NCBI GenBank assembly: GCA_963666285.1
Contig: OY762711.1
Origin: Sedimentisphaerales bacterium
Lineage (GTDB): Bacteria > Planctomycetota > Phycisphaerae > Sedimentisphaerales > SM23-30
Strand: one strand, 5' to 3'
Length of the DNA stretch: 64,000 nucleotides
Positions 51,954 to 60,620 of the stretch are shown piece after piece. The notes beneath the pieces were generated by a model, which was given only the letters and a program-made list of their open reading frames with translations, made no database searches and was not told where the DNA came from. Positions within the stretch are counted from its first letter, which is position 1; each line of letters starts with the position of its first letter. The position numbers were made by a program, and so were the translations under genes.

Positions 51954-52805
51954 TTACGGTCCGAAGATCAGAAAGTCTATCAGTGAACCTGAAGTGATCA
52001 GTACAACAGAAATATAGATCAGTGTTATGGCTTGTCTGGGCTGTTGTTTGTTGGATTGGCCTACACATACAAAGGCTGCAAATGCTGACACTGTGTATAC
52101 TATCTGGCCCATGTGCAGCACCCCCGGAATAAGAGCAAAGGCTGCTCCGGTTATGAGCAGCCCCCGGGCCAGTTTGAGATATCTGCGGGTGTTTTTTATT
52201 GTAGAGCCATTTGGATAGGCGATTTTGTCGCCCGGCATGTCTCGCAAATCTTTCAACATTTCATACCCGATTGCGGTGAATAATAGCCAGAAGGGATGAA
52301 TTAGGAGCATTGCTAATCTTGGTTTATAAATCGGTAGACTAAACGGGTGCGAAACCGTTAAAGAGGCCGGGTATAGCGAAGCCAGCAGGATGCCAATTAT
52401 TATAACCTTGAATATTCCCATTTTCTTGGAATACATATCGTAGAATATCAGCAGCAGGGCGGTAGCTGTAATGACAAGCCCAAATCTCAATGTACAACAG
52501 AACGCCTGGCCGATACCGGCGGCAAATAGAATATATGCCAACCTGGCGGCATGAACTGGTTTTACCTGGCCGCTGGGTAGCGGCCGTTCCGGACTGTTTA
52601 TTCGATCGGTTTCTATGTCAAAATAATCATTCAGGATATACCCGGCTGAGATAATGCAAAAATATGAACCGAACGACAAAATCGCTTTGCCCGGTATCAT
52701 ATCAATATATCCACAGGTGAGATATGTGAGGATTACGATAAATCCTAAAGAGAAAGGCAGTGAATAGTAAAGCCTCATCAATTTGACCAGTGGTATTATT
52801 TTCAA
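51954..52805 (-). CDS. UbiA-family prenyltransferase (DGGGP synthase-like)
   Basis: NDYFDIETDRINSPERPLPSG and EMLKDLRDMPGD Asp-rich motifs; multi-TM. Confidence 0.88.
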   Translation of the reverse strand: MKIIPLVKLMRLYYSLPFSLGFIVILTYLTCGYIDMIPGKAILSFGSYFCIISAGYILNDYFDIETDRINSPERPLPSGQVKPVHAARLAYILFAAGIGQAFCCTLRFGLVITATALLLIFYDMYSKKMGIFKVIIIGILLASLYPASLTVSHPFSLPIYKPRLAMLLIHPFWLLFTAIGYEMLKDLRDMPGDKIAYPNGSTIKNTRRYLKLARGLLITGAAFALIPGVLHMGQIVYTVSAFAAFVCVGQSNKQQPRQAITLIYISVVLITSGSLIDFLIFGP

Positions 52806-52810
52806 GTTAT

Positions 52811-53692
52811 TTAATTTCCCTGTTTTTGTGCAATTGCTGTTAAGTATCTGTGGATAACTTCTATTTTGCCTTCTTTAAGATACTTCTGTTCGATTATTTC
52901 TGCAAAGCGGTCAAATATATCGTCAGAATCTTTCTCGTCAGCCGCATATTCAAATCCGGCCGCCGCACCGGTCGAACGCAGCCGGTTGATCGCTTCCATA
53001 CCTGAGTTCACAAAGTAACTTTTACTGCCATTTTCTTTATACTCTGTTTTCAATCTCGCCAGCCGATACATTGATGTTAATGTATTGCAGCCGGGCAGAA
53101 ACTTGAATCGCATGAGATTGTGCAGCTTTTGCGGTTGTTCGGCAAATGTCAGAAAAGAACAGTATAATATCTCCTTTAGCGAAAACAGGCTGTTGTCAAT
53201 TATCCCAAGTTGACCGCCCGGCTTGAGAATACGCCTGATTTGTTTGATAACCGTAAATGGCTTGCTGTAGCCCAGTCCCCAGCAGCATGTAATAATATCA
53301 AAACTGTTATCCGGCTGGCTTTTGAGATATTCGATAATATCTGCTACCGTAAAATCACATATTTCGCCGTGATTTGATCTTGCCTGTTCTATCATTCCCT
53401 GGCTGCGGTCCACACCCATAGGCTTAATACCGGTTCTGCCTGCCAGCAGGCTGGTAGCGTACCCCGTTCCGCAGGTAAGATCCATGCTCTTATCTCCCTG
53501 CGAGATATCCAGACGATTAATCATCGCCTCAGTCAGGTTTCGCATATGGTTGGTCCATACCTGGTCATACTGGTTACTGATCCGGTTATAGCTTTGTGAT
53601 ACCAGGCTGTCACAATCTGCCTTGTTGATAAAGTACAAATTGAACAGACGACCGGCCATTTTAATATAATGTTTTTTATGTTTCTCAGCCAT
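52811..53692 (-). CDS. Class I SAM-dependent methyltransferase
   Basis: MDLTCGTG, GVDRSQGM, FDII, RRILKPGG motifs. Confidence 0.9.
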   Translation of the reverse strand: MAEKHKKHYIKMAGRLFNLYFINKADCDSLVSQSYNRISNQYDQVWTNHMRNLTEAMINRLDISQGDKSMDLTCGTGYATSLLAGRTGIKPMGVDRSQGMIEQARSNHGEICDFTVADIIEYLKSQPDNSFDIITCCWGLGYSKPFTVIKQIRRILKPGGQLGIIDNSLFSLKEILYCSFLTFAEQPQKLHNLMRFKFLPGCNTLTSMYRLARLKTEYKENGSKSYFVNSGMEAINRLRSTGAAAGFEYAADEKDSDDIFDRFAEIIEQKYLKEGKIEVIHRYLTAIAQKQGN

Positions 53693-53706
53693 AATTCTGT
53701 GCCTGG

Positions 53707-54090
53707 CTATTTCGATAAAACTCCGGATGCCAAAGCTTTTTGGATGCAGCTGATTTCAGAACCTCTTTTCAGCTCTTTTATGATTGGTTCCGAAGAGCTG
53801 GATATCCATATCTTCATCTCTGAATCCAGGTCGAAATGGCCCGCGGTTTCAACGGCAAAATGCGTTATACTGCGATATGGTATCGAATGATATTCAGTCT
53901 TTCTGCCGGTAACGCCTTGTTTGTCGATTAGTATTAGCCTGTGGTTGGTAAAGATATACATATCTCGTACCAGCTTAAATGCACTTTTGATTGATTCACC
54001 ATCAACCAGCAGGTGTTCCAGGTTGCGTTCCACCGAGTCGAGGTCTTTTACTTCCGATGCGTTTCCGATTATTCCGCTAAGTAATCCCAT
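53707..54090 (-). CDS. Bacterial PH-domain protein (YvbH-like)
   Basis: RDMYIFTNHRLILIDKQGVTG.K.EY.SIPY...VETAGHFDLD.E. Confidence 0.9.
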   Translation of the reverse strand: MGLLSGIIGNASEVKDLDSVERNLEHLLVDGESIKSAFKLVRDMYIFTNHRLILIDKQGVTGRKTEYHSIPYRSITHFAVETAGHFDLDSEMKIWISSSSEPIIKELKRGSEISCIQKALASGVLSK

Positions 54091-54105
54091 TTATATATCC
54101 TCAAT

Positions 54106-54966
54106 TTATGAATTAATATATTTTTGTTCAATCAGCCAGTTTGTCAGATTATCGTTCCAGTTATTAAAGCTTATTTTTCCTTTTTCAAAGGTTGCTTCTA
54201 CGCTGTGATCGCCAGATTTGTAGATATGCAGTTCCGCGTCTACATTATTTGCGACAAGAGCCTTGTAATACATTATCGAATTTTCAAACGATACATGATG
54301 GTCGTTGCTCGTATGTGCGATAAAGCCGGGTGGGGTATCCGGCGTTACCTGCTTTTCGCAGCTGTATTTCGCTATAAGATCATCAGGTGCGTTCGGTCCA
54401 AGCAGGTTGTCTCTGGTTTCGCTGTGGGTGTTCGGGCCCATGGTCAAAACAGATATCATAAAAATCGAAAAGTCCGGTCTGGCGTTAATAGCACTATCGT
54501 TATCCAGTTCGTATGTCTGTTCGTTATACAGCGTCGAAGCTGATGCCGCCAGGTGACCGCCCGCAGAAAAGCCGATAACGCCGACCTTGTCGGGATCGAT
54601 TTTATATTGCCCGCTATTTTTACGGACCAGTCTGATTGCTCGCTGCAGGTCTGCCAGCGGCCATGGGTGGCCGTATTCCTTCAGCCGATTTTTCAGGACA
54701 AATGCGTGCATCCCTCGCTGATTGAACCATTGGGCCACTCGTGTGCCGGAGTTCAAAAATGACAGCAGGCTATAGCCGCCGCCCGGGCAGATAATTACCG
54801 CAGCATCAGAGGTCTGGTCTGTCGGCGGATAATGATGTATCTGCGGCACAGATACACCAGTTATATAATTACCGGCATCGACTTTTTCCTCGAAGTCAAC
54901 TGGTATGGCTCCGGGCATTTTGCCATCTGGCCATAGGTTGATAATTGTTGGTTTGCTTCTTGCCAT
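54106..54966 (-). CDS. Alpha/beta hydrolase (carbohydrate esterase-like), no signal peptide
   Basis: ICPGGGY, GFSAGGHLA, ARPDF motifs. Confidence 0.9.
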   Translation of the reverse strand: MARSKPTIINLWPDGKMPGAIPVDFEEKVDAGNYITGVSVPQIHHYPPTDQTSDAAVIICPGGGYSLLSFLNSGTRVAQWFNQRGMHAFVLKNRLKEYGHPWPLADLQRAIRLVRKNSGQYKIDPDKVGVIGFSAGGHLAASASTLYNEQTYELDNDSAINARPDFSIFMISVLTMGPNTHSETRDNLLGPNAPDDLIAKYSCEKQVTPDTPPGFIAHTSNDHHVSFENSIMYYKALVANNVDAELHIYKSGDHSVEATFEKGKISFNNWNDNLTNWLIEQKYINS

Positions 54967-55020
54967 TTTTATTTTTTTAGGATTAACACCCGCCTGCCTG
55001 AACTCGGCCGGGTAGATGGC

Positions 55021-55953
55021 TTAAAATCCAGGATTTGCTTTAGGCAGTGTATATTTTCTTTCTGCCAGCCACTTTGCCAGGTTTTCCTGCCAGTATTGTA
55101 CGGTACCGGATTTCTTCCTCATGCCGTAACCGTGGCCGCCGGTATTATATATATGCATCTCGGCATCTACCTTATTGGCTATCAGCGACTGATAATAAAG
55201 TATCGGGTTTGCAACCGGTACAACACCATCGTCACTGCTGTGAATCAAAATTGCTGGTGGTGTATTTTTGTCAATCTGCTTTTCGGTGCAGTATTTATCG
55301 ATCAGATCCTGTGACGGATTTTTCCCTATAAGATTCTCACGCGAGCCCCAATGTGTTTCCTGGCCCATAGTGATTACAGGGTACACCAGTACCGAAAAAT
55401 CCGGTCTGGCACTTATTTCTCTGTCATCTTCCATTTCATAGGCTTTCTCATTGTACAGGACTGAGGCACTTGCCGCCAGGTGACCGCCCGCGGAAAATCC
55501 CATTACACCGATTTTGTTTGGGTTGATATTATACTGATCGCTGTTTTTGCGGACCAGCCTTATTGCACGCTGAACGTCTGCCAGTGGGTATGGCTGACCA
55601 TATTCTTTCAGGCGGTTTTTCACCACAAAAGCATTCATGCCTTGCGAGTTAAACCACTTTGCTATTTCGATACCTTCTTTTTCAAATGAAAGAACAGCAT
55701 AGCCGCCGCCCGGACAGATTACTATTGTTGCATCTGAGGTCTGTTTTTCTGCCGGGTAATAATGCAGCTCAGGCACTGATATACCTGATATATGTCCGCC
55801 GGAGTCAACTTTCTCCTCAAAATTAACCTCTTTAGCTCCAGGCATACCACCGTCCGGCCAGAGATTGCACACTTCCGGATTGGCCTCTGCCATAACTGAG
55901 CCGGAAACAAGCATAATAATCGAAAATGCCAGTACTAGTGTTAGCATACGCAT
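55021..55953 (-). CDS. Alpha/beta hydrolase (carbohydrate esterase-like), secreted paralog
   Basis: Signal peptide; ICPGGGY, GFSAGGHLA, DDGVV, GGHGYG motifs. Confidence 0.92.
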   Translation of the reverse strand: MRMLTLVLAFSIIMLVSGSVMAEANPEVCNLWPDGGMPGAKEVNFEEKVDSGGHISGISVPELHYYPAEKQTSDATIVICPGGGYAVLSFEKEGIEIAKWFNSQGMNAFVVKNRLKEYGQPYPLADVQRAIRLVRKNSDQYNINPNKIGVMGFSAGGHLAASASVLYNEKAYEMEDDREISARPDFSVLVYPVITMGQETHWGSRENLIGKNPSQDLIDKYCTEKQIDKNTPPAILIHSSDDGVVPVANPILYYQSLIANKVDAEMHIYNTGGHGYGMRKKSGTVQYWQENLAKWLAERKYTLPKANPGF

Positions 55954-56123
55954 GATAACTCCTTTTCTCTATAAATAGTAACGTCAATTTTATAAACAAT
56001 TTATGGCATTATTTTAACCTGATGTTACCATCCGTGCAAGGATAATAGATTTGACTTTGACTGACCGGTTTGTAGAATGGAGTGTGAATTTTGATGTATA
56101 TAATATTGTTGCAGGGAGTTATT

Positions 56124-56798
56124 ATGGCTAAATTTGCAGGTGACAAAAAAGTTGGTCAGTCTATACTCGGCCCCATCGAAACAAAATTCAAAAATGCGGT
56201 TGTTCCGCTTATTCCAGGTTGTATCGAAACATACCATCTCACGATGACAACGGTACTCTGGTCTATTGGTATGGTGCTCTGCGGCTATCTTTGCCGCGAT
56301 CATCCCGCCTGGACCTTTGGCATGTCCGCGATGATGGTCTTGCAGTATATTACCGACCTGTTCGACGGCGCCGTTGGCCGCTATCGCAATACCGGCCTGA
56401 TAAAATGGGGGTTCTTTATGGACCATTTCCTTGATTTTATCTTCGCCTGCTCGATTGTCGCGGCCTATGCCATGATGTCACCAGACGAATACGATCTCGG
56501 CTGGTATTTCTACGGGCTTATGGCATGTTCCGGCGGCCTTATGGTCAATTCATTCCTCAAATTCGCATCAACTAACGAGTTCGAGATCTTCTTCTACGGC
56601 ATAGGCCCAACCGAAATTCGACTCGGATATATCATTATCAACACCATAATTTTCTTCTGGGGTTTTGCCATCTTCAAGTTCTGGGTGCCGTTCCTGCTGC
56701 TCGCTAATATATGCACTCTCACATACATGGTCTGGAACACACACCGCCAGCTCTGGAAGATCGATATGGATGCCAAAGCAGCGGTGGAAAAACCATAA
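56124..56798 (+). CDS. CDP-alcohol phosphatidyltransferase family protein
   Basis: DLFDGAVGRYRNTG...G..MDHFLD motif; RBS ggag before ATG 56124. Confidence 0.88.
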   Translation: MAKFAGDKKVGQSILGPIETKFKNAVVPLIPGCIETYHLTMTTVLWSIGMVLCGYLCRDHPAWTFGMSAMMVLQYITDLFDGAVGRYRNTGLIKWGFFMDHFLDFIFACSIVAAYAMMSPDEYDLGWYFYGLMACSGGLMVNSFLKFASTNEFEIFFYGIGPTEIRLGYIIINTIIFFWGFAIFKFWVPFLLLANICTLTYMVWNTHRQLWKIDMDAKAAVEKP

Positions 56799-56968
56799 AT
56801 TAAACCGGCAATATAGCTTTTGGTAAGATGTTGAGTATTGTTGGAATTATGAATAACTTCTTTCTTTTGTCTATTTGTTATCGAATATACACACTTGTCA
56901 AATACTAGTACAACAGCTACGAAGCTATATGTAAGGCCAAAAAGTGAAATGAACTGGCCTGCTGAGGT

Positions 56969-58792
56969 CTAGTCCAGACCAGGTCTGGCTCTTTTTGTTA
57001 GCTGTACCATCAGTACCGTTATATCAGCCGGCGTTATCCCCGTAATCCGCGCCGCCTGACCCAGTGTCAGCGGTCGTATATCGGCCAGTCGCTGGCGGGC
57101 CTCGTTTCGCAGCGAACTGATAGTTTCATAATCCATATCATCCGGTATCTTGATCTTATCGATCTTGGCCGTTTTCTCTACCAGCTTCAGTTGCTTTTCG
57201 ATATAACCGGCATAGCGGATATCATTTACCGTTGTATGGATTACTTCATGGATATAGTTCTTATCCAGCACATCCGGCTTCACTTCAGCCAGCCAGCTCT
57301 CATCCCGCCCCAGCTGGCATAGCTGACGGTCAAGCTTCTTACCCTCGTAATTGGTAGTCGTCAAAAACTCCTTCAGTTCGGCTATCTGCCGCCGCTTTTC
57401 CTGGTATCGCTCCCATCTGTCATCCGTTACCGTTCCCCATTCACGCCCAAGCGGCGTGAGTCTTTCATCGGCATTGTCATATCTCAGCAGCAGCCGATAT
57501 TCCGCTCGCGAGGTAAACATACGATACGGCTCATCCACTCCCTTGGTCACAAGGTCGTCTATCAGCACCCCGATATACGCCTGGTCACGCCGCAGTACTA
57601 CTGGCTCCAGACCCTTTATCTTCCTTGCGGCATTAACACCTGCCATCAGTCCCTGTCCGGCGGCTTCCTCGTAGCCGCTGGTGCCGTTGATCTGACCCGC
57701 AAAGTACAGCCCCTTGATATGCTTGCTCTCCAGCGTCGCCTGCATCTGAGTCGGCGGAATATAGTCATAATCTATCGCATAAGCGTATCGATGTATCCTG
57801 CAATTCTCCAGCCCCGGGATACTCGCCAGCAGCTCATCCTGCACATCTCTTGGCAGCGCGTTACTTATCCCGTTGCAGTATATCCAGTCGGTATCCAGTC
57901 CTTCCGGCTCCAGGAATACCTGGTGACGGTCCTTATCCGCAAACCGCACGATCTTCGTCTCGATACTCGGGCAATATCTCGGCCCGGTACTCTTTATCTG
58001 TCCTGTATAGAGCGGCGCCTGGTGCAGATTATCGCGGATAATTTTATGCGTTGTCTCATTTGTCCACGTTATCCAGCAGCTTATCTGCTCCTGTTCAACC
58101 TTATCGTTCATATAGCTGAACGGCAGCGGCACCTCGTCGCCCGGCTGCTCCTGCACCTTGCTGTAGTCTATCGAATCCGCCGCCAGTCGCGCAGGTGTAC
58201 CGGTCTTCAGCCGGTCCAGCTCGATCCCATGTGCCTCCAGCGATTCTGATATCTTATTCGCCGCCGGTTCGCCGATCCGACCGCCTTCGATTATCTCTGT
58301 GCCGATATGTATCAGCCCCCGCATAAACGTACCCGTTGTCAGTATCGCCGCTTTACAGCCCAGCTCTATGCCGGATTCGCATTTTAGCCCGATTATTCTA
58401 CCGCATTCGGTAATAATATCAGAGACCGTATCTTCAATTATCGTAAGGTTATCAACCTTTGCCAGCGTCTCCTGTGCGATCCTGGCATACATATCACGGT
58501 CTGCCTGTGCCCGCGGCGCCCAAACGGCAGGCCCTTTACGCAGGTTCAGCATACGAAACTGGATTCCCGCCTTATCGATCAGCTGCCCCATAAGTCCGCC
58601 CAGTGCATCGATTTCACGCACCATCTGACCCTTGGCCAGGCCGCCGATCGCAGGGTTACAGCTCATCTGGCCGATTGTATCTATCCGGATCGACAGCAGG
58701 GCGGTATTCAGCCCCATCACCGCCGCGGCATTAGCCGCCTCGATGCCGCCGTGGCCGCCGCCTACTACTATTATGTCATAATTATCTTGCAT
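56969..58792 (-). CDS. mnmG: tRNA uridine 5-carboxymethylaminomethyl modification enzyme MnmG
   Basis: VVGGGHGG, MSCNPAIGG, LKTGTP, GPRYCPSIE, AGQINGTSGYEEAA, EPYRMFTSRAEYRL motifs; likely start MQDNYD. Confidence 0.97.
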   Translation of the reverse strand: MQDNYDIIVVGGGHGGIEAANAAAVMGLNTALLSIRIDTIGQMSCNPAIGGLAKGQMVREIDALGGLMGQLIDKAGIQFRMLNLRKGPAVWAPRAQADRDMYARIAQETLAKVDNLTIIEDTVSDIITECGRIIGLKCESGIELGCKAAILTTGTFMRGLIHIGTEIIEGGRIGEPAANKISESLEAHGIELDRLKTGTPARLAADSIDYSKVQEQPGDEVPLPFSYMNDKVEQEQISCWITWTNETTHKIIRDNLHQAPLYTGQIKSTGPRYCPSIETKIVRFADKDRHQVFLEPEGLDTDWIYCNGISNALPRDVQDELLASIPGLENCRIHRYAYAIDYDYIPPTQMQATLESKHIKGLYFAGQINGTSGYEEAAGQGLMAGVNAARKIKGLEPVVLRRDQAYIGVLIDDLVTKGVDEPYRMFTSRAEYRLLLRYDNADERLTPLGREWGTVTDDRWERYQEKRRQIAELKEFLTTTNYEGKKLDRQLCQLGRDESWLAEVKPDVLDKNYIHEVIHTTVNDIRYAGYIEKQLKLVEKTAKIDKIKIPDDMDYETISSLRNEARQRLADIRPLTLGQAARITGITPADITVLMVQLTKRARPGLD

Positions 58793-58863
58793 AAGACCGT
58801 ATATTATATAATGATATGAGCTATATGGCAAGAAATGTGAATTGTGATAGATGATAAAATAAT

Positions 58864-58892
58864 TTGACAACTATATCACTTAGTGCCATACT
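58864..58892 (+). promoter_or_regulatory. Sigma70 promoter with palindromic operator for the TA operon
   Basis: ttgaca-17 bp-catact; imperfect palindrome tatatcact-t-agtgccata lies across the spacer and -10. Confidence 0.65.
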
Positions 58893-58927
58893 TTAGTAGT
58901 GTATGTATTAGTAAATTAGGTTATCTT

Positions 58928-59293
58928 ATGAGAGTGTTTAAACTTAGAGCGTTTTCCCGTTGGGCGCAAGGCCAGAAAATTTCAAATGAATCACTTATGA
59001 ATGCAGTTATTGAAATGGTAAATGGTTGAATTGATGCTAATTTAGGTGGTGGTGTTTGTAAAAAACGAATTGCTGTTGCTGGCAAAGGCAAAAGTGGAGG
59101 AGTCAGGACAATTGTAGGTTTTAAAACAAATAATCATACCTATTTCATTTATGGTTTTAATAAAAACGAGAAAGAGAATATTGATAAGGTTGAATTAAAG
59201 GCGTTAAAGCAATATGCTAAACAGCTGTTTGCTTTGAAAGATGCAGAAATAGACTCATTATTGGCTAATGGAAGCCTTATCGAGGTGAGATAA
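58928..59293 (+). pseudogene. RelE/HigB-type toxin with an in-frame TGA at codon 34
   Basis: MRVFKLRAFSRWA...EMVNG*IDANLGGGVCKKRIAVAGKGKSGGVRTI...YGFNKNEKENI...; TGA at 59027-59029; not in ORF track. Confidence 0.85.
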
Positions 59294-59294
59294 A

Positions 59295-59609
59295 ATGGCA
59301 AATAAAAGATTAAGGCAACAACTTGTTGAAGGTATGGAGGCATTGTCCGAAATAGGCGTTGTAAATGGGGCAACTATGCGTGAATTTCGTGAAGACTTGC
59401 TGACTCCGCCCCCGACTTATTCTCCTGAAAAAATTCGTGAGATCAGGGAATCTTATGGTGTAAGCCAATCTGTCTTTGCCGCTTTGTTGAATGTTAGCGT
59501 TTCGACTATCCAGAAATGGGAGCAGGGCCGGAAAGCACCAAGTGCACCCGCGTACAAACTGCTTGACATTGTGAAACGTAAGGGCTTGGGTATTTTAATA
59601 CCTGAATAA
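59295..59609 (+). CDS. HigA-like XRE HTH antitoxin
   Basis: IREIRE..GVSQSVFAALLNVSVSTIQKWEQG.K.P; starts 1 bp after the toxin stop. Confidence 0.9.
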   Translation: MANKRLRQQLVEGMEALSEIGVVNGATMREFREDLLTPPPTYSPEKIREIRESYGVSQSVFAALLNVSVSTIQKWEQGRKAPSAPAYKLLDIVKRKGLGILIPE

Positions 59610-59626
59610 TTGATTTGGCGATATTA

Positions 59627-59744
59627 CACTCTGTTATATTAAGCTTGCCGTCTGCCTGAGTTCATCGAAGCTCCGTGGCATTCCAGCCCTTATGCCTTAT
59701 CCCTGATCTCTTATGCCTTTCAAACTGACTGGCAGTCAGTTTGA
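59627..59744. repeat. Composite repeat ending in the 25-bp palindrome tcaaactgact-ggc-agtcagtttga
   Basis: Direct-repeat partner at 60510-60620. Confidence 0.85.
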
Positions 59745-59749
59745 TCTTT

Positions 59750-60433
59750 CTATTCAAACGTCCCCACATATTTCCCGTTTTTCAGCCTCACCCGAATAAC
59801 CAGCCCGCTGCGTTCAGCAGTGTCGTACCATGTTTCTGTAGGCAGAGGGAAATGCTTTTCCCACATTTTTTCCTCATCGAATTTCGGCCCGATACTGAAC
59901 ACCGCCCAGGTCACCGGAGATTGTCTGGGGTCACTGAAATATTGTCCTTTTTCATCATCAACCGACGAGATAAACGGAAAACCGTCAGGTACCCATAATT
60001 GAGCCTTGTTGAGCTTGTCTATGAAATTCCGGTCGCTTATCTTCTGACCGACAGACATATATTTATAGGTATGGCCCCGGTTAAACCTGTCTTCCATAAC
60101 CGTCGATTCCGGCGAGCTGGAGCTACTCTTTTCCGGCAGATATCTGCCCGCCAGCTGCGTCGGCATCTGGTAAAGATGGTCTCTAACCGAACCGCCCTGG
60201 CAGTCTTCAAATGACGGAGGATGCGGTTGATCTGCACCGCTGTTATCCTCCATATACATTTCCAGTGCCATCGCTATATGATACAGCTCAAAGTTCACAG
60301 CTGTCACCCTGGCCGATTCGCGTGCCTTCGACAGCGCAGGCAGCATAATCGCAACCAGTAGTGCGATAATACTGATAACTACCAGCAGCTCTATCAAGGT
60401 AAAAGCTTTATTTTGTGAAAGTCTAAATGGCAA
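59750..60433 (-). CDS. Prepilin-type N-terminal cleavage domain protein
   Basis: KAFTLIELLVVISIIALLVAIMLPALSKARESAR; FSIGP motif. Confidence 0.9.
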   Translation of the reverse strand: MPFRLSQNKAFTLIELLVVISIIALLVAIMLPALSKARESARVTAVNFELYHIAMALEMYMEDNSGADQPHPPSFEDCQGGSVRDHLYQMPTQLAGRYLPEKSSSSSPESTVMEDRFNRGHTYKYMSVGQKISDRNFIDKLNKAQLWVPDGFPFISSVDDEKGQYFSDPRQSPVTWAVFSIGPKFDEEKMWEKHFPLPTETWYDTAERSGLVIRVRLKNGKYVGTFE

Positions 60434-60460
60434 TTTCCAGCTTCTCTAGTATTTCCTTAT

Positions 60461-60620
60461 GCGTCAGCGTTAAAACAAGGTCCGCCGTTAGGCGGACACC
60501 TCAACTTTTCACTCTCTGTTTTTTATAATAAGCTTGCCGCTTTGCGGCAATCGGCTTTCCTCCCCTTATGCCTTATCCCTTATCTCTTATGCCTCTCAAA
60601 CTGACCATTGGTCAGTTTGA
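60461..60620. repeat. Composite repeat with tccgccgttaggcgga module, heptamers and palindrome tcaaactgacc-att-ggtcagtttga
   Basis: Shares parts with 13831-13954 and 59627-59744. Confidence 0.85.

Noticed and set aside
52850..52858. DnaA-box match tgtggataa and the presence of mnmG, suggesting oriC
   Set aside because: Single box inside a coding region; no box cluster seen near mnmG
59027..59029. TGA as selenocysteine or alternative genetic code
   Set aside because: The aligned residue is normally Leu, not Cys/Trp, and TGA is used as a normal stop in other genes here (e.g. GH38, murB)
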